Part shown: piece by piece, positions 38,561-48,713 of the stretch
Numbering within the stretch: the stretch's first letter is position 1
Layout of the letters: every line of letters begins with the position of its first letter
Origin: an uncultured Veillonellaceae bacterium
Lineage (GTDB): Bacteria > Bacillota > Negativicutes > JARBTT01
Direction: 5' to 3'
DNA: 64,000 bases
Assembly: GCA_963805085.1 (NCBI GenBank)
Contig: CAWDTA010000002.1
Location: forward strand, 384,001 to 448,000
Position numbers and translations under genes: made by a program
The notes under the pieces: generated by a model
Databases searched by the model: none
Told to the model about the DNA's origin: nothing
What the model saw: the letters and a program-made list of their open reading frames with translations, nothing else

Positions 38561-39382
38561 TTACCAAGCTGCGATTGTAGATCCTTTGAAATGCTCTTCA
38601 ATAAATTTTTTCACTTCATCGGATTGGTATGCCTTGATAAATTTTTTATAGACTGGATTATCTTTATCCTTCGTTTGAACTACAATAACATTTGCATAAG
38701 GGGAATTGCCCTCTTCAATCGCTAAAGAATCTTTTGTAGGTACCAAGCCAGCCATAATTGCAAAGTTCGTATTAATTACGGCAATATCAACATCTTTTAA
38801 TGAAAGAGGTACTTGAGCCGCTTCCAATTCTTTGATTTGCAAATTCTTAGGATTTTCAGCAATATCAGCAGCAGTTGCATTAAGGTCAACATTTGGTTTT
38901 AATTTGATCAAACCAACTTTTTGTAAGAGTAGCAACGCACGGCCACCATTAGTTGGATCATTTGGTACGGAAACGATTGCGCCATCTTTCACATCCGCAA
39001 TTGCTTTTACTTTTTGTGAATAAATCCCCATTGGAAAAATAACGGTTTTGGCAATGCTTTCGATTTTATAGCCACGATCCTTCACTTGTTCATCCAAAAA
39101 AGGTTGATGTTGATAACTGTTAAGATCAATTTCACCTTGATTTAAGGCCATGTTTGGTTGCACATAATCGTTAAACTCAACAATTTCAACTTTAAGGCCA
39201 TCTTTTTCGGCTACTTTTTTTACTTCATCCATAATTTCAGCATGAGGACCTGCGGTTACCCCAACCTTTATTGAAGTTTTTTCTGCTTTCGCAGCTTCTT
39301 GGTTGCCACCACAACCTGCAAACAATACCATGCTAACAACCGCCAGCATTGCTATTGTTAATAAAGTTAATTTTTTTGACAT
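38561..39382 (-). CDS. metQ: Methionine ABC transporter lipoprotein MetQ/NlpA (second paralog)
   Basis: Lipobox FAGC; GPHAEI, NSYQHQPFL, VPNDPTNGGRAL. Confidence 0.93.
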   Translation of the reverse strand: MSKKLTLLTIAMLAVVSMVLFAGCGGNQEAAKAEKTSIKVGVTAGPHAEIMDEVKKVAEKDGLKVEIVEFNDYVQPNMALNQGEIDLNSYQHQPFLDEQVKDRGYKIESIAKTVIFPMGIYSQKVKAIADVKDGAIVSVPNDPTNGGRALLLLQKVGLIKLKPNVDLNATAADIAENPKNLQIKELEAAQVPLSLKDVDIAVINTNFAIMAGLVPTKDSLAIEEGNSPYANVIVVQTKDKDNPVYKKFIKAYQSDEVKKFIEEHFKGSTIAAW

Positions 39383-39404
39383 TTGTCATACCTCCAAATA
39401 AATA

Positions 39405-39531
39405 TTTATCCGATGACTAATCCTCTCTAATACTTTCTTCTTAAAGGAAGTAAAGATCAACTAAGTCCCTGGATAATTTCGACTAAAGTTCTGTAAAGTT
39501 TTAGCTGAACCTGAACCAAGTCTCCATTAAT
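39405..39531. repeat. Structured element B (diverged copy of 36647-36779)
   Basis: Shared blocks tttatccgatgactaa, ctctaatact, ctaag.ccctggat, cgactaa, aaccaagtct; ends in TTAAT. Confidence 0.75.
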
Positions 39532-39540
39532 CTGCAAATA

Positions 39541-39574
39541 CAAAAAGAGCTCTTTCCCTTATGGAAAAGAGCTC
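39541..39574 (-). terminator. SAM riboswitch terminator
   Basis: gagctcttttcc-ataa-gggaaagagctc-ttttt on the minus strand. Confidence 0.85.
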
Positions 39575-39593
39575 GCATATATAACGGTTCTCT

Positions 39594-39697
39594 TCTCTCA
39601 TCTTCAGGAAAATTTCCTGCTGGAATTGGCACCACTGCATTTCTGCCGGTTGCCGGGTGTCATCGGGCCAGTCCCTCGACCTCTCTTGATAAGAGCT
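39594..39697 (-). ncRNA. SAM-I (S-box) riboswitch
   Basis: ctcttatcaagagaggtcgagggactggcccgatgacacccggcaacc...ggtgccaattcc.gcag...ctgaagatgagag upstream of the met transporter. Confidence 0.95.
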
Positions 39698-39719
39698 TAT
39701 GTATTTAACTATGCTATTG

Positions 39720-39748
39720 ATACTATCATTTCTATTTTGCATTGTCAA
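39720..39748 (-). promoter_or_regulatory. SigA promoter of the met operon
   Basis: TTGACA-N17-TAGTAT just upstream of the S-box; a second TTGACA-N16-TATAAT lies at 39868-39895. Confidence 0.7.
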
Positions 39749-40056
39749 TACACATTTTCCATTTTACAGAACATGTTTATGAAAACCACTTCAAGCCTCG
39801 ATTCATAAAAAATAAGTGAACTGAGCACAATTTTTAAAAGTATACATATAAGAATAATATGTTTTAAATTATAACACTTAGAATCTGAATGTCAACCTAT
39901 TTGTTTTTCAAAAAAAATAAATACACCCTGTCCATTTTATAATTAGATGTATAATAAGGAAAATCTAGTTTTTATATGACATAACCTTGCTTTTATGCTA
40001 AAATCAATTTAGAATTTAAAATAAGACTGTAAAATTTAATGATAGGTGTGATTATC

Positions 40057-40476
40057 TTGAGTATATTTTCAAAATTCTTTTCGAAAAAGCAGGCTCCGCA
40101 AGCTGTTCTTCCGAAAAATATGATTCCGAAAGAAAAAGAAACAATCCGTAAAATGTTTGGGATCTACTGCCAGAACAAACACGGGATAGCGAATGGCAAA
40201 AAACTTTGTCCGAAATGTACCGCCCTACTCGCAACCGTAATGCTGAAAATGAATAAATGCCCTTATGGCATCACAAAACCAATTTGTGATAAATGTAAAA
40301 CGCCCTGCTTTGGCACTGCGCAAACAAAAGAATTTCTTGAAGTCATGAAAGGTGCACAAACGAGAATGTTCTTCAAGCATCCGATCATGGCAATGAAACA
40401 TATGTTATACGGCATGAGAAGAGAAGCAAAAAAAGAAGACCCCAAAGACGTGAAAAACAAAAAAGATAAAAAATAA
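40057..40476 (+). CDS. YgbA-like (nitrous-oxide-stimulated promoter family) Cys-rich protein
   Basis: EKETIRKM..IYC..KH...LCPKC..L...KCPYG..KPIC.KC..PC...MFFKHP.MA.KH. Start uncertain (TTG 40057 or 40039). Confidence 0.8.
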   Translation: MSIFSKFFSKKQAPQAVLPKNMIPKEKETIRKMFGIYCQNKHGIANGKKLCPKCTALLATVMLKMNKCPYGITKPICDKCKTPCFGTAQTKEFLEVMKGAQTRMFFKHPIMAMKHMLYGMRREAKKEDPKDVKNKKDKK

Positions 40477-40518
40477 ACACAAAGGGATATTGCAGCTGCA
40501 ATATCCCTTTGTGTTTAT
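40476..40518. terminator. Bidirectional terminator
   Basis: acacaaagggatattgca-gc-tgcaatatccctttgtgt. Confidence 0.85.
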
Positions 40519-40521
40519 TTT

Positions 40522-41154
40522 TTAGCCTTGTTTTTTGAGATGTGATTTTTCATGCTTACAAATTGGACAAACGAAATCCTCTGGTTCAGCCGTGAGATCA
40601 CCCTCATAAACGTAACCGCAAACATCACAAACATAGCGATCTTTCGCCACTTCTTCCCGGTATGTTGGCGCATTTTTAGGGGCTTTGCCTTTGATTACAT
40701 CATGATAATATTGATACGTCATCGGCGGAAAATCAATCCCCTTCATCGCATTACTTACCTGTGCTAAAATAACAAAATGCGTTTCCGTTTCTTGCATACT
40801 AAGCACATCCGCAGCAATATAGCCACAAACATTTTCCTTCACGATTGGCATCGCATCAAAATACATAAAGTCAAAACCTTCGAATTTATCCGTATCTCGT
40901 CCTGAACTAAAGCCCAATTTCGCAATGACATTTTGATTTGTTTTCTCTGATAAAATCGACACACTGAATTTTCCGGTAGCTTTGATTGCTTCATAAGTAA
41001 AATTATCTTTATTCATACTAAGTGCAATAATCGGTTGACCAACACTTGTGATTTGCACAACTGTATTGACAATGCAACCTGTTGGACGCTCATCGTCCAA
41101 TGTCCCAATTGCATACATACCATAAGAAAGTTTCCATAAAACTGATTTATCCAC
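40522..41154 (-). CDS. Flavin reductase-like protein with C-terminal rubredoxin domain
   Basis: LSYGMY, GCIVNT, GFSSGRDTDKF, KGKAPKNAPTY; CDVCGYVY...CPIC; AGGAGG RBS before GTG 41154. Confidence 0.9.
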   Translation of the reverse strand: MDKSVLWKLSYGMYAIGTLDDERPTGCIVNTVVQITSVGQPIIALSMNKDNFTYEAIKATGKFSVSILSEKTNQNVIAKLGFSSGRDTDKFEGFDFMYFDAMPIVKENVCGYIAADVLSMQETETHFVILAQVSNAMKGIDFPPMTYQYYHDVIKGKAPKNAPTYREEVAKDRYVCDVCGYVYEGDLTAEPEDFVCPICKHEKSHLKKQG

Positions 41155-41251
41155 TGCAAAGCCTCCTAAAAACCGCAATTTATTCCTATAATGATTGTTA
41201 ATTAAGTATTATTATATCACTATGCCATAATAACACAATTCATTTTAATTT

Positions 41252-41278
41252 AAAGGATTTCTAGTATCTCCCGCGAAT
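41252..41278 (+). promoter_or_regulatory. SigH-like promoter
   Basis: AAAGGATTT-N14-GAAT. Confidence 0.55.
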
Positions 41279-41323
41279 CTCATTTTAAATCTACCAAAAT
41301 CTAACTACTATATAGGAGATCGT

Positions 41324-42256
41324 ATGAATAATTTTTTTCATGTTATACAAACCAAACTTTCCCCAATCATGTTAGCGAACATCGCCATGATGATTACTGT
41401 GATCGCTTGGGGGACTTCCTTTATTAGTACCAAAATTGTATTAGCAGAGATCCCGCCAATCACTTTAGCATTTATTCGTTTTTTTATTACTTCACTTATT
41501 TTATATACGATTATCAAAAAAACAGAACCCCATACAATCGTCGCGAAAGCAGATAAATTTAAATTAGCACTTGCAGGCTTTATCGGTATCTCTGTATATT
41601 TCTACTTTGAAAATACCGGAATAAAATTAACGACAGCTTCGAATGCTTCCCTGATCACTTCATTTGTGCCAATTTTATCGATTACCTTAAACATGCTGTT
41701 TTTCAAAGCACGATTAAATGGTTTAGAGGTCATCGGCGTTTTGATTGGTATCGTTGGTGCTTATCTCACCATTACTGCCAACGGCAACATTGACTTTAGC
41801 ACCGATAATTTTAAGGGAAACATCTACATGATCGGCGCAATGATCGCCTGGGCAGTCTACACCATTCTTAGCAAACAAATGCAACGGAACTATTCGGGCC
41901 TATTCATCATCACCTATCAAACGATCTTTGCCACGCTCACCTTACTCCCTTTTTCTTTTTTAGAGTATGACCAATGGCAAATCTTTTCATTCTCGACCTT
42001 CCTCCAAATCCTATACTTAGCAACTATTTGTTCTGGACTTGGCTATTTTCTTTACGGCTATGCTTTAAAAACCATCGATGTCGTTGTTACCACACTATAT
42101 CTTAACTGCGTTCCCGTGGTCGGCGTATTCAGTGGCTACTTCATCCTAAATGAACAAATCTTACCCATCCAAATCATCGGCGGCATCATCATTATCTTTG
42201 GAATTTTTGTAACGAATTTAGATAAGACGTTGATGTTTTTGAAGAAGAAGGGATAA
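41324..42256 (+). CDS. EamA/DMT family transporter
   Basis: About 10 TM; WGTSF, PPITLAFIRF. Confidence 0.9.
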   Translation: MNNFFHVIQTKLSPIMLANIAMMITVIAWGTSFISTKIVLAEIPPITLAFIRFFITSLILYTIIKKTEPHTIVAKADKFKLALAGFIGISVYFYFENTGIKLTTASNASLITSFVPILSITLNMLFFKARLNGLEVIGVLIGIVGAYLTITANGNIDFSTDNFKGNIYMIGAMIAWAVYTILSKQMQRNYSGLFIITYQTIFATLTLLPFSFLEYDQWQIFSFSTFLQILYLATICSGLGYFLYGYALKTIDVVVTTLYLNCVPVVGVFSGYFILNEQILPIQIIGGIIIIFGIFVTNLDKTLMFLKKKG

Positions 42257-42268
42257 AGAAATACATAA

Positions 42269-42315
42269 AAAACAAAGGGGTTGCAGCGCTAATAGCTGCA
42301 ACCCCTTTGTTTTTT
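42269..42315. terminator. Bidirectional terminator
   Basis: aaacaaaggggttgcagc...gctgcaacccctttgttt. Confidence 0.85.
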
Positions 42316-42321
42316 AGTACT

Positions 42322-45300
42322 TTACCCTATAACCCGTTCAGCATTTTCCTTTATTTTCGATACAAGGTCTATGATACGCTGCTGTTTTGTCTTATCAAAT
42401 AGCTTGATAAAACTCCTAGGTTTATCAAATGGTGGTTTCATCAATTCTGAAATATTCTCTACATAACCATTCTGAACAACATAATCTACGATTTTTTTCA
42501 CAAAAACAATCTGTTCCTGACTTAGAGATTGATCATTGATAAACTCAGAAAATATTTCTATTGCCGCTTGATAGTCAAGTTTGGCAATTTTTCTTACCAA
42601 TAAACCTAACGGTGCATCGCCAAAAGCCTGCTTATAATCCTTGACTGTACCAAGCTCCCCCTGTAAAATCTTCTCTAAACTTTGATAATCGCTCATGGTA
42701 AGCTGTTTGTTGTGGCGAAGCTTATAAATCGCTATATGATGCTCATTTTTTTCGATATAACGATTCACTTTTATTTTATAATCGGCAAAGTCCTCACCAT
42801 AACCCAAAGGATTGCCTTCGGTAACTTTCATCACCGTATCCAATAAATTTGTATAAACAAGCATCTTCTTGTCATCCTCAAGAGCAAATCTACTTATCGC
42901 CCGCAACTCAGCTCTAACCTTTTCAAAGCTCAAAACATCGGTATTCTGCCAAAAACTATCGGTTTGTATCGTATGAATGAGCGTAATTTTTTCTTTTACT
43001 TGCGGAATTGTCATCTTTTTTTCAGATAGGATCCTGCTCATATGCAGCAATTGATTTTTATACCGTTTCACCTGTGGAGACTTCTCTATATGTGCAAGCA
43101 TCAAACTATACATAAGCTGATCAAAATTTTTTGCATACTCATCTTCATCTGCCAGATAAACCAGTGGGGCAATATGCTTAATCAAATTATGCTTATCAGA
43201 ATCAGCTAAACATAGAAACGAATTTTCATTTTTATACTTTTCCACATGTCCCAATTGCAATTTTACCGCGATAAGTTCAGCATTCAGTTCCTGAATCTGT
43301 GCCATAACACCAGCAATCAACTGTTCTCGCCATACTTGGTGCTCATCATTTACAAATGCATCACTTTGTAAATGATGTATCAATCTTATCTGCTTAGAAA
43401 AAATGGCTTCCGTTAAACTTTCCGTCTCACCAGCTTCGATTCCCTGTGGATTTTGACGGAAAAATTCAAAATTACCAAGATAATCAAAGATATAAAAACA
43501 CTGCTTGTCCTGTCCTTCGCCAAATAAATTCTCGCAAAGCCTCGTCCCACGACCGATCATCTGCCAAAACTTTGTTTTTGAACGTATCCGTTTAAAAAAG
43601 ACCAAATTGACGATTTCTCGTACATCAATTCCCGTATCGAGCATATCCACCGAAATAGCAATTTGAGGATATTTATCGGCAATTTTAAAAGTATGAATCA
43701 AATCTTGCGCGTAACTAATCTGAGTATCAATAATTTTTGCAAAACTCCCCTTATATTGCGGATACAATTTGTCAAAACGTTCTTCTATGTACTGGGCATG
43801 TTTATGGTTTGCCGCAAAGATAATCGTTTTCCCTAGTTTATCGCCACCTGCTACCTTTTGCCCTTTGTTCATCAAATCTTGCAAAACTTTGTCTACCGTA
43901 TCCTGATTAAAAATAAATTTATTTATTTTCGGAGAAGGCACAAAGTCTGGCATATCACCATCCTCATCGGTGAAATCTTCCTCAAAACGTTCTTGATCTT
44001 CTAGCGAAAGCTGGTCATAGGTAATGCCTTCTTCTAGAAATTTCGTTTGCACTTCTATATTATGATATGGCACTAGCACTTTATCTACATCAACTGCCAT
44101 TTTATAATCATACGCATACGTTGGCACACCGTTTTCTATCTCAAAAAAATCATAGGTATTGCGATCCACTTCACTTTTCGGCGTCGCTGTAAGTCCCACT
44201 AAATAGGCATCAAAATATTCAAAAATCGCACGGTACTTTTTAAAAATGCTACGATGTGCTTCATCCACGATAATCAAATCAAAATGTGCTGGCGTGAACA
44301 GTCGTTTTCCATCCTCGCTTTTTGCTGTATCAATGGCATTAAGCATCGTTGGATACGTAGAAAAGACAATACGCGCATTTTTATCCGCCTTGTTTTTTAA
44401 TAAATTACACAAAGACATATCTGGCAAATACGTTTTATAATCATCCTTCGCTTGATGAACAAGCGCAGTTCTATCAGCTAAAAATAAAATATTGGTAACA
44501 TACCCGCCACGCGATAACACATCGGTCAAACTTGATGACGTTCTTGTTTTCCCTGTACCAGTCGCCATAACGAGCAGTGACTTTCGATAGCCTTGATCAA
44601 TATTATCACAAACCGCTCGAATCGCCTCTTTTTGATAATAACGATCGGTAATACGATCTTGAATTTTGATTTCCATTAACGCTTTCCGTTGCGTACGACG
44701 CGTTATGATTTTTTCAAGATCGGACTTAGAAAACACACTGCTTACTTTACGCCTAGGGGAAACCGTATCATCCCATATATGTGTTTCAAAACCATTGGTC
44801 ATAAATAAGATTGGACGCCTGCCAGTCTTTTTCTCTAAACAATCCGCATATAACTTTGCTTGATGCATACCGTTCTTTGGATTTTTAGAAGTCCGTTTTG
44901 CTTCAATGATAGCAAGGGGGAACCCATCTTTGCCATAAAGAACATAATCCGCCTTGCCTATCCCTGCTTCATTCGGCATACCTTCAAGCGGCACTTCCTC
45001 TTTGACATCCTCGCCAAACACCCAGCCCATGAGCTTTAAATCCACATCAATATAGCGTTTGCGCGTTTGAAACTCCGAGATATCCTCTGGCGTAAATTCC
45101 CGTACTTTCTTATGCTCTTCCTTCTGCGCCGTATAGGACTGACTCATCTCAGCAATCTTGGCAAGCAGTTTTTCGATTTCTGAGTCCTTCTGTTTTATCA
45201 CACTGTCGTCAACCGCAGTCTTCTCCTGCGGTATTAAAGTTTCATCAAAATGACGTTCCTCATATTTCGCCCCATAGCAATAATCTACCCATTGGATAAA

Positions 45301-45651
45301 CTCGAAGAGTCCTCGTAAAGACAGTACCACATCACTGCGATTGACCGCTTTTTCCGTATGTACTGCCAAATTTCCCAACTTGATAATAAAGGGAAGCTTA
45401 CTCCAAGTCTGATTATCCAACGCAAACCGAAATGTTGGCTCATGAATCAACGCCTGCAAATTATTTTTATAAGGCATAGTGATCGTATCATCGGCAGAAT
45501 ACACCCACTTCACCGCAAGCTCCAAAGCCTTCCTCGCCCCCACCGCCGCCATAGTCGGTGAAGTACTAAGTACCCGCTCCGCATCCATTGCAGCTGAAGC
45601 AAACAACTGATATTCACCTTGTCCTCGTAAAAAATCAAAATTTGCACACAT
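42322..45651 (-). CDS. hsdR: Type I restriction endonuclease subunit R (EcoAI/EcoEI-like, N-terminal DUF4145-like)
   Basis: ADYVL...IIEAKR nuclease motif, MATGTGKT, DEAHR, LTATP, QMIGRGTR. Confidence 0.95.
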   Translation of the reverse strand: MCANFDFLRGQGEYQLFASAAMDAERVLSTSPTMAAVGARKALELAVKWVYSADDTITMPYKNNLQALIHEPTFRFALDNQTWSKLPFIIKLGNLAVHTEKAVNRSDVVLSLRGLFEFIQWVDYCYGAKYEERHFDETLIPQEKTAVDDSVIKQKDSEIEKLLAKIAEMSQSYTAQKEEHKKVREFTPEDISEFQTRKRYIDVDLKLMGWVFGEDVKEEVPLEGMPNEAGIGKADYVLYGKDGFPLAIIEAKRTSKNPKNGMHQAKLYADCLEKKTGRRPILFMTNGFETHIWDDTVSPRRKVSSVFSKSDLEKIITRRTQRKALMEIKIQDRITDRYYQKEAIRAVCDNIDQGYRKSLLVMATGTGKTRTSSSLTDVLSRGGYVTNILFLADRTALVHQAKDDYKTYLPDMSLCNLLKNKADKNARIVFSTYPTMLNAIDTAKSEDGKRLFTPAHFDLIIVDEAHRSIFKKYRAIFEYFDAYLVGLTATPKSEVDRNTYDFFEIENGVPTYAYDYKMAVDVDKVLVPYHNIEVQTKFLEEGITYDQLSLEDQERFEEDFTDEDGDMPDFVPSPKINKFIFNQDTVDKVLQDLMNKGQKVAGGDKLGKTIIFAANHKHAQYIEERFDKLYPQYKGSFAKIIDTQISYAQDLIHTFKIADKYPQIAISVDMLDTGIDVREIVNLVFFKRIRSKTKFWQMIGRGTRLCENLFGEGQDKQCFYIFDYLGNFEFFRQNPQGIEAGETESLTEAIFSKQIRLIHHLQSDAFVNDEHQVWREQLIAGVMAQIQELNAELIAVKLQLGHVEKYKNENSFLCLADSDKHNLIKHIAPLVYLADEDEYAKNFDQLMYSLMLAHIEKSPQVKRYKNQLLHMSRILSEKKMTIPQVKEKITLIHTIQTDSFWQNTDVLSFEKVRAELRAISRFALEDDKKMLVYTNLLDTVMKVTEGNPLGYGEDFADYKIKVNRYIEKNEHHIAIYKLRHNKQLTMSDYQSLEKILQGELGTVKDYKQAFGDAPLGLLVRKIAKLDYQAAIEIFSEFINDQSLSQEQIVFVKKIVDYVVQNGYVENISELMKPPFDKPRSFIKLFDKTKQQRIIDLVSKIKENAERVIG

Positions 45652-45731
45652 TTCATTCACCCCAATTTTAGTTTCTACTGCTATGAAATCTGCATATCGT
45701 TTTAAAATCTTGGTACATTTCAGGTTGTTAC

Positions 45732-46931
45732 CTACTCAAAATACTCACTCATTAAGCTATCAAATAAATATTGACTTTCGTCCATCGCTTTTTGCACAAG
45801 GGCTTTTTGCTCCTCAATTTTGGTAACGATTTCTGCGAATTGGTTTTGAAGAGAGAGTGGTGGAGTTATAAAATCAATTTCTTTTATAATAGGCATTGGT
45901 GGCAAATTAGGAATACCGCTTCCTCTATTTGAAGTTATATATCTATTTTTAAAAGTTGGATCTCTAAACACATATACAAAAAATATTTGATTCATTTCAT
46001 TATTATCCAAAGTTACTTTTAGTAAAGCCTGATTAATTATCCCTGGCAATGCCTCTCTCGGTACAATGGACAATTTTCCTAAATAAACACCAGAACAGCT
46101 AATAAGTATATCGCCTGCTTTCACTTCAAAATCCTTAAGTCCATTAAAAGTCTCCTGATCAATAAAATATCTTTTAAATGAGTAATCGTTATTTAATGCA
46201 TGATTCTGTTCATAAATGAGATAACCTTCATTAACAAATATTTCTTTTTTTAAAGCACCACCAAATGGACCTCTTTTCAAAGAGTTTTTTGATTTTGCAA
46301 CTAATTGAGGTAGTTTTTTTAGCACCCACCCTTTTTCATTGGTCACAGGATTACCAAACATATCGTAAAAAGTCGCTTTAATCAGATTATCCAGTTCCGC
46401 CAGTTGTCTTTTCCGAAGTGCTATCAATTCCGCTGCAACATCAAGAGTTTGGGCAATTTGTTTTTGCACATCAAGTGGGGGAAGCGAAAACATAACTTGT
46501 TTTACAATCTTAGAGTTAAGATTATTTACGACACCACCAACAGCAAGAGATTTAAATTTTGCATATGTAGACTTACTACTTAATGCATAATATAGATATT
46601 CTTTTTCAAAATGGTTCATCTTATCACGAAGAACAAGCCATCCATCATGAATACAACCATCAATCTTCAATATATATGGTCGTCCAAAACTCATTGAATT
46701 TGATAACAAAAAATCACCAGCTTGAACATACCGAGATTTTTTCATACCTTCTCGAATAATTTTTTCTTTAGTTTTAGTAATATACATTGAATCCGCCGAA
46801 GCATCCCCTATTTTTATCCAGTTAATACCATTGTTATCATCTGTAATAAATTTATCTATCGGTCTTGGAGAACCACCACGTTCTATCTCGCAAACATCAC
46901 CCAATTTCACCATTTCCCACTTACTCACCAA
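45732..46931 (-). CDS. hsdS: Type I RM specificity subunit
   Basis: WEMVKLGD, two TRDs, LPPLDVQKQI and PPLSLQNQFA conserved helices. Confidence 0.93.
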   Translation of the reverse strand: MVSKWEMVKLGDVCEIERGGSPRPIDKFITDDNNGINWIKIGDASADSMYITKTKEKIIREGMKKSRYVQAGDFLLSNSMSFGRPYILKIDGCIHDGWLVLRDKMNHFEKEYLYYALSSKSTYAKFKSLAVGGVVNNLNSKIVKQVMFSLPPLDVQKQIAQTLDVAAELIALRKRQLAELDNLIKATFYDMFGNPVTNEKGWVLKKLPQLVAKSKNSLKRGPFGGALKKEIFVNEGYLIYEQNHALNNDYSFKRYFIDQETFNGLKDFEVKAGDILISCSGVYLGKLSIVPREALPGIINQALLKVTLDNNEMNQIFFVYVFRDPTFKNRYITSNRGSGIPNLPPMPIIKEIDFITPPLSLQNQFAEIVTKIEEQKALVQKAMDESQYLFDSLMSEYFE

Positions 46932-48393
46932 TAAGCCCCCTTAGTTCCTCCATTTTAGAACTGATATCAAGGCTTAGTTCATCTAGGCGAGTCATGATCA
47001 CTGCAGGTGCATCGTATTCGATTTTTTCATATTCTATTTCCTTATAGCGATTGATCGAAAGGTCATAGTCATTTTTCACAATCTCGGCTTTATCTACCAA
47101 AAAGCTTTGCTCGATTTTTTTACGATCAGTTTCTGCAGCAAGCTTGTGGAACCTAGCGATAATATCGGGAATATCGCCTGCATTGCCTAAGTCAGTCCGC
47201 TTGTCATCCAGCGAAAAGCCGTCGGATTTCATATCGTAAAACCAAACTTTATCCGTACCGCCCACCCCTGTTTTCGTAAACACCAATATCGCAGTAGAAA
47301 CACCAGCATACGGCTTAAACACACCCGATGGCATCGAAATTACTGCCCGAAGTTGATGGTTTTCAACTATCTCCTTACGCAATGCTTTATGCGCCTTGGT
47401 TGCGCCAAACATAACACCGTCCGGCACGATACAAGCGCAACGACCACCAGTTTTAAGCATACGCAAAAACAGTGCCACAAATAAAAGTTCCGTTTTTTTC
47501 GTGTCGCATACCGCTTTTAAATTATCATTTATACTTTCAGTATCGACAGTGCCAGTAAACGGTGGATTGGCAAGAATAACATCAAATTCCGAAGCAATAG
47601 CATTGCTTTTTGAAACACTATCCACATAGTCAATATGAGGATTCGTAATCGAATGCATCATTAAGTTCATGGCAGAAATACGCAGCATAGTTCTGTCGGT
47701 GTCGTAACCCGTGATTAACTCACCAGCAAAATGCTCCCATTGCTCCGGCGTCATTTCGGCTTCATAGCGTTCTCTGATATATTCAGCAGAAGACACGAGA
47801 AAACCCGCTGTGCCACAAGCTGGATCAAGGATTTTATCATCAGGTGAGATATCTACCAATCGTACCATCATGTCGCGAATATGCTTTGGCGTTCTAAATT
47901 GTCCGTTTTGTCCCGCGGTAGCAAGTTTGCCTAGCATATACTCATATAGATCACCCTGCATATCGCGATCTTTGATGTCATGCTCATATAGTTCATCTAA
48001 ACCAGTAACGATTTTCTGCAATACCTGTGCGGTTGGAATTAAAAACATCGCATCTTGCATATAGCGCGAAAATGCCGAACTGTTCTCGCCATTCATTGCT
48101 TTGATAAACGGGAAAACCTTTGTCCCGACGAGCTCATAAATATCTCTAGCATCTTTATTTTTAAACTTACTCCAACGTAAAGCTTGTCCCTCTACACCCT
48201 CTGGGAAAATCTTTGGCATAGCTTCTCCACTAAGCGCTTGAAAATTTTCTGTTTCCAATTCCTTTTCATCCAGTGAACGAATAAACATCAAATAGGTCAG
48301 CTGTTCAATCACCGTCAAAGGATTGGTAATTCCCCCCGCCCACATATCCGTCCATATTTTATCTACTTTATTGCGTACTTCTCCTGTTAACAT
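46921..48393 (-). CDS. hsdM: Type I RM N6-adenine methyltransferase
   Basis: GQFRTP, DPACGTAGFL, ANPPF, GVFKPYAGV. Confidence 0.96.
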   Translation of the reverse strand: MLTGEVRNKVDKIWTDMWAGGITNPLTVIEQLTYLMFIRSLDEKELETENFQALSGEAMPKIFPEGVEGQALRWSKFKNKDARDIYELVGTKVFPFIKAMNGENSSAFSRYMQDAMFLIPTAQVLQKIVTGLDELYEHDIKDRDMQGDLYEYMLGKLATAGQNGQFRTPKHIRDMMVRLVDISPDDKILDPACGTAGFLVSSAEYIRERYEAEMTPEQWEHFAGELITGYDTDRTMLRISAMNLMMHSITNPHIDYVDSVSKSNAIASEFDVILANPPFTGTVDTESINDNLKAVCDTKKTELLFVALFLRMLKTGGRCACIVPDGVMFGATKAHKALRKEIVENHQLRAVISMPSGVFKPYAGVSTAILVFTKTGVGGTDKVWFYDMKSDGFSLDDKRTDLGNAGDIPDIIARFHKLAAETDRKKIEQSFLVDKAEIVKNDYDLSINRYKEIEYEKIEYDAPAVIMTRLDELSLDISSKMEELRGLIGE

Positions 48394-48606
48394 AAATCAA
48401 AACCCTTTCACGCCTTACCAATTTATCGATATTTTTAAAAATATCGCTTAGTATCCTGCTAATACAAGCCATTTATTAAGCAATTATCGTATATTTTTGT
48501 ACCATAAACTTATACTTCTCCATCATTTCAACGATTCCCTTGTAAAAATTTGTTTTCTGCTGAAAATAAGCAATATTGGTCGAAAATTATTTTGCACCTC
48601 AAAAAA

Positions 48607-48663
48607 TAAAACACTCCAATCAATCTGGCATAACAAAACCATTTTGATAGGAGTGTTTTATTT
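48607..48663 (-). terminator. Terminator after rhuM
   Basis: taaaacactcc...ggagtgtttta. Confidence 0.65.
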
Positions 48664-48713
48664 CACTTAGAAGTTGCACCTATAAAAATTTTCTCACGCT
48701 TACTTCTCACCCT

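Noticed and set aside
39527-39808. ORFs 39527..39748 and 39626..39808
   Set aside because: They overlap the SAM-I riboswitch, its terminator and promoter.
45732-46931. Phase-variable hsdS
   Set aside because: Single hsdS; no recombinase, silent TRDs or long simple repeat seen.
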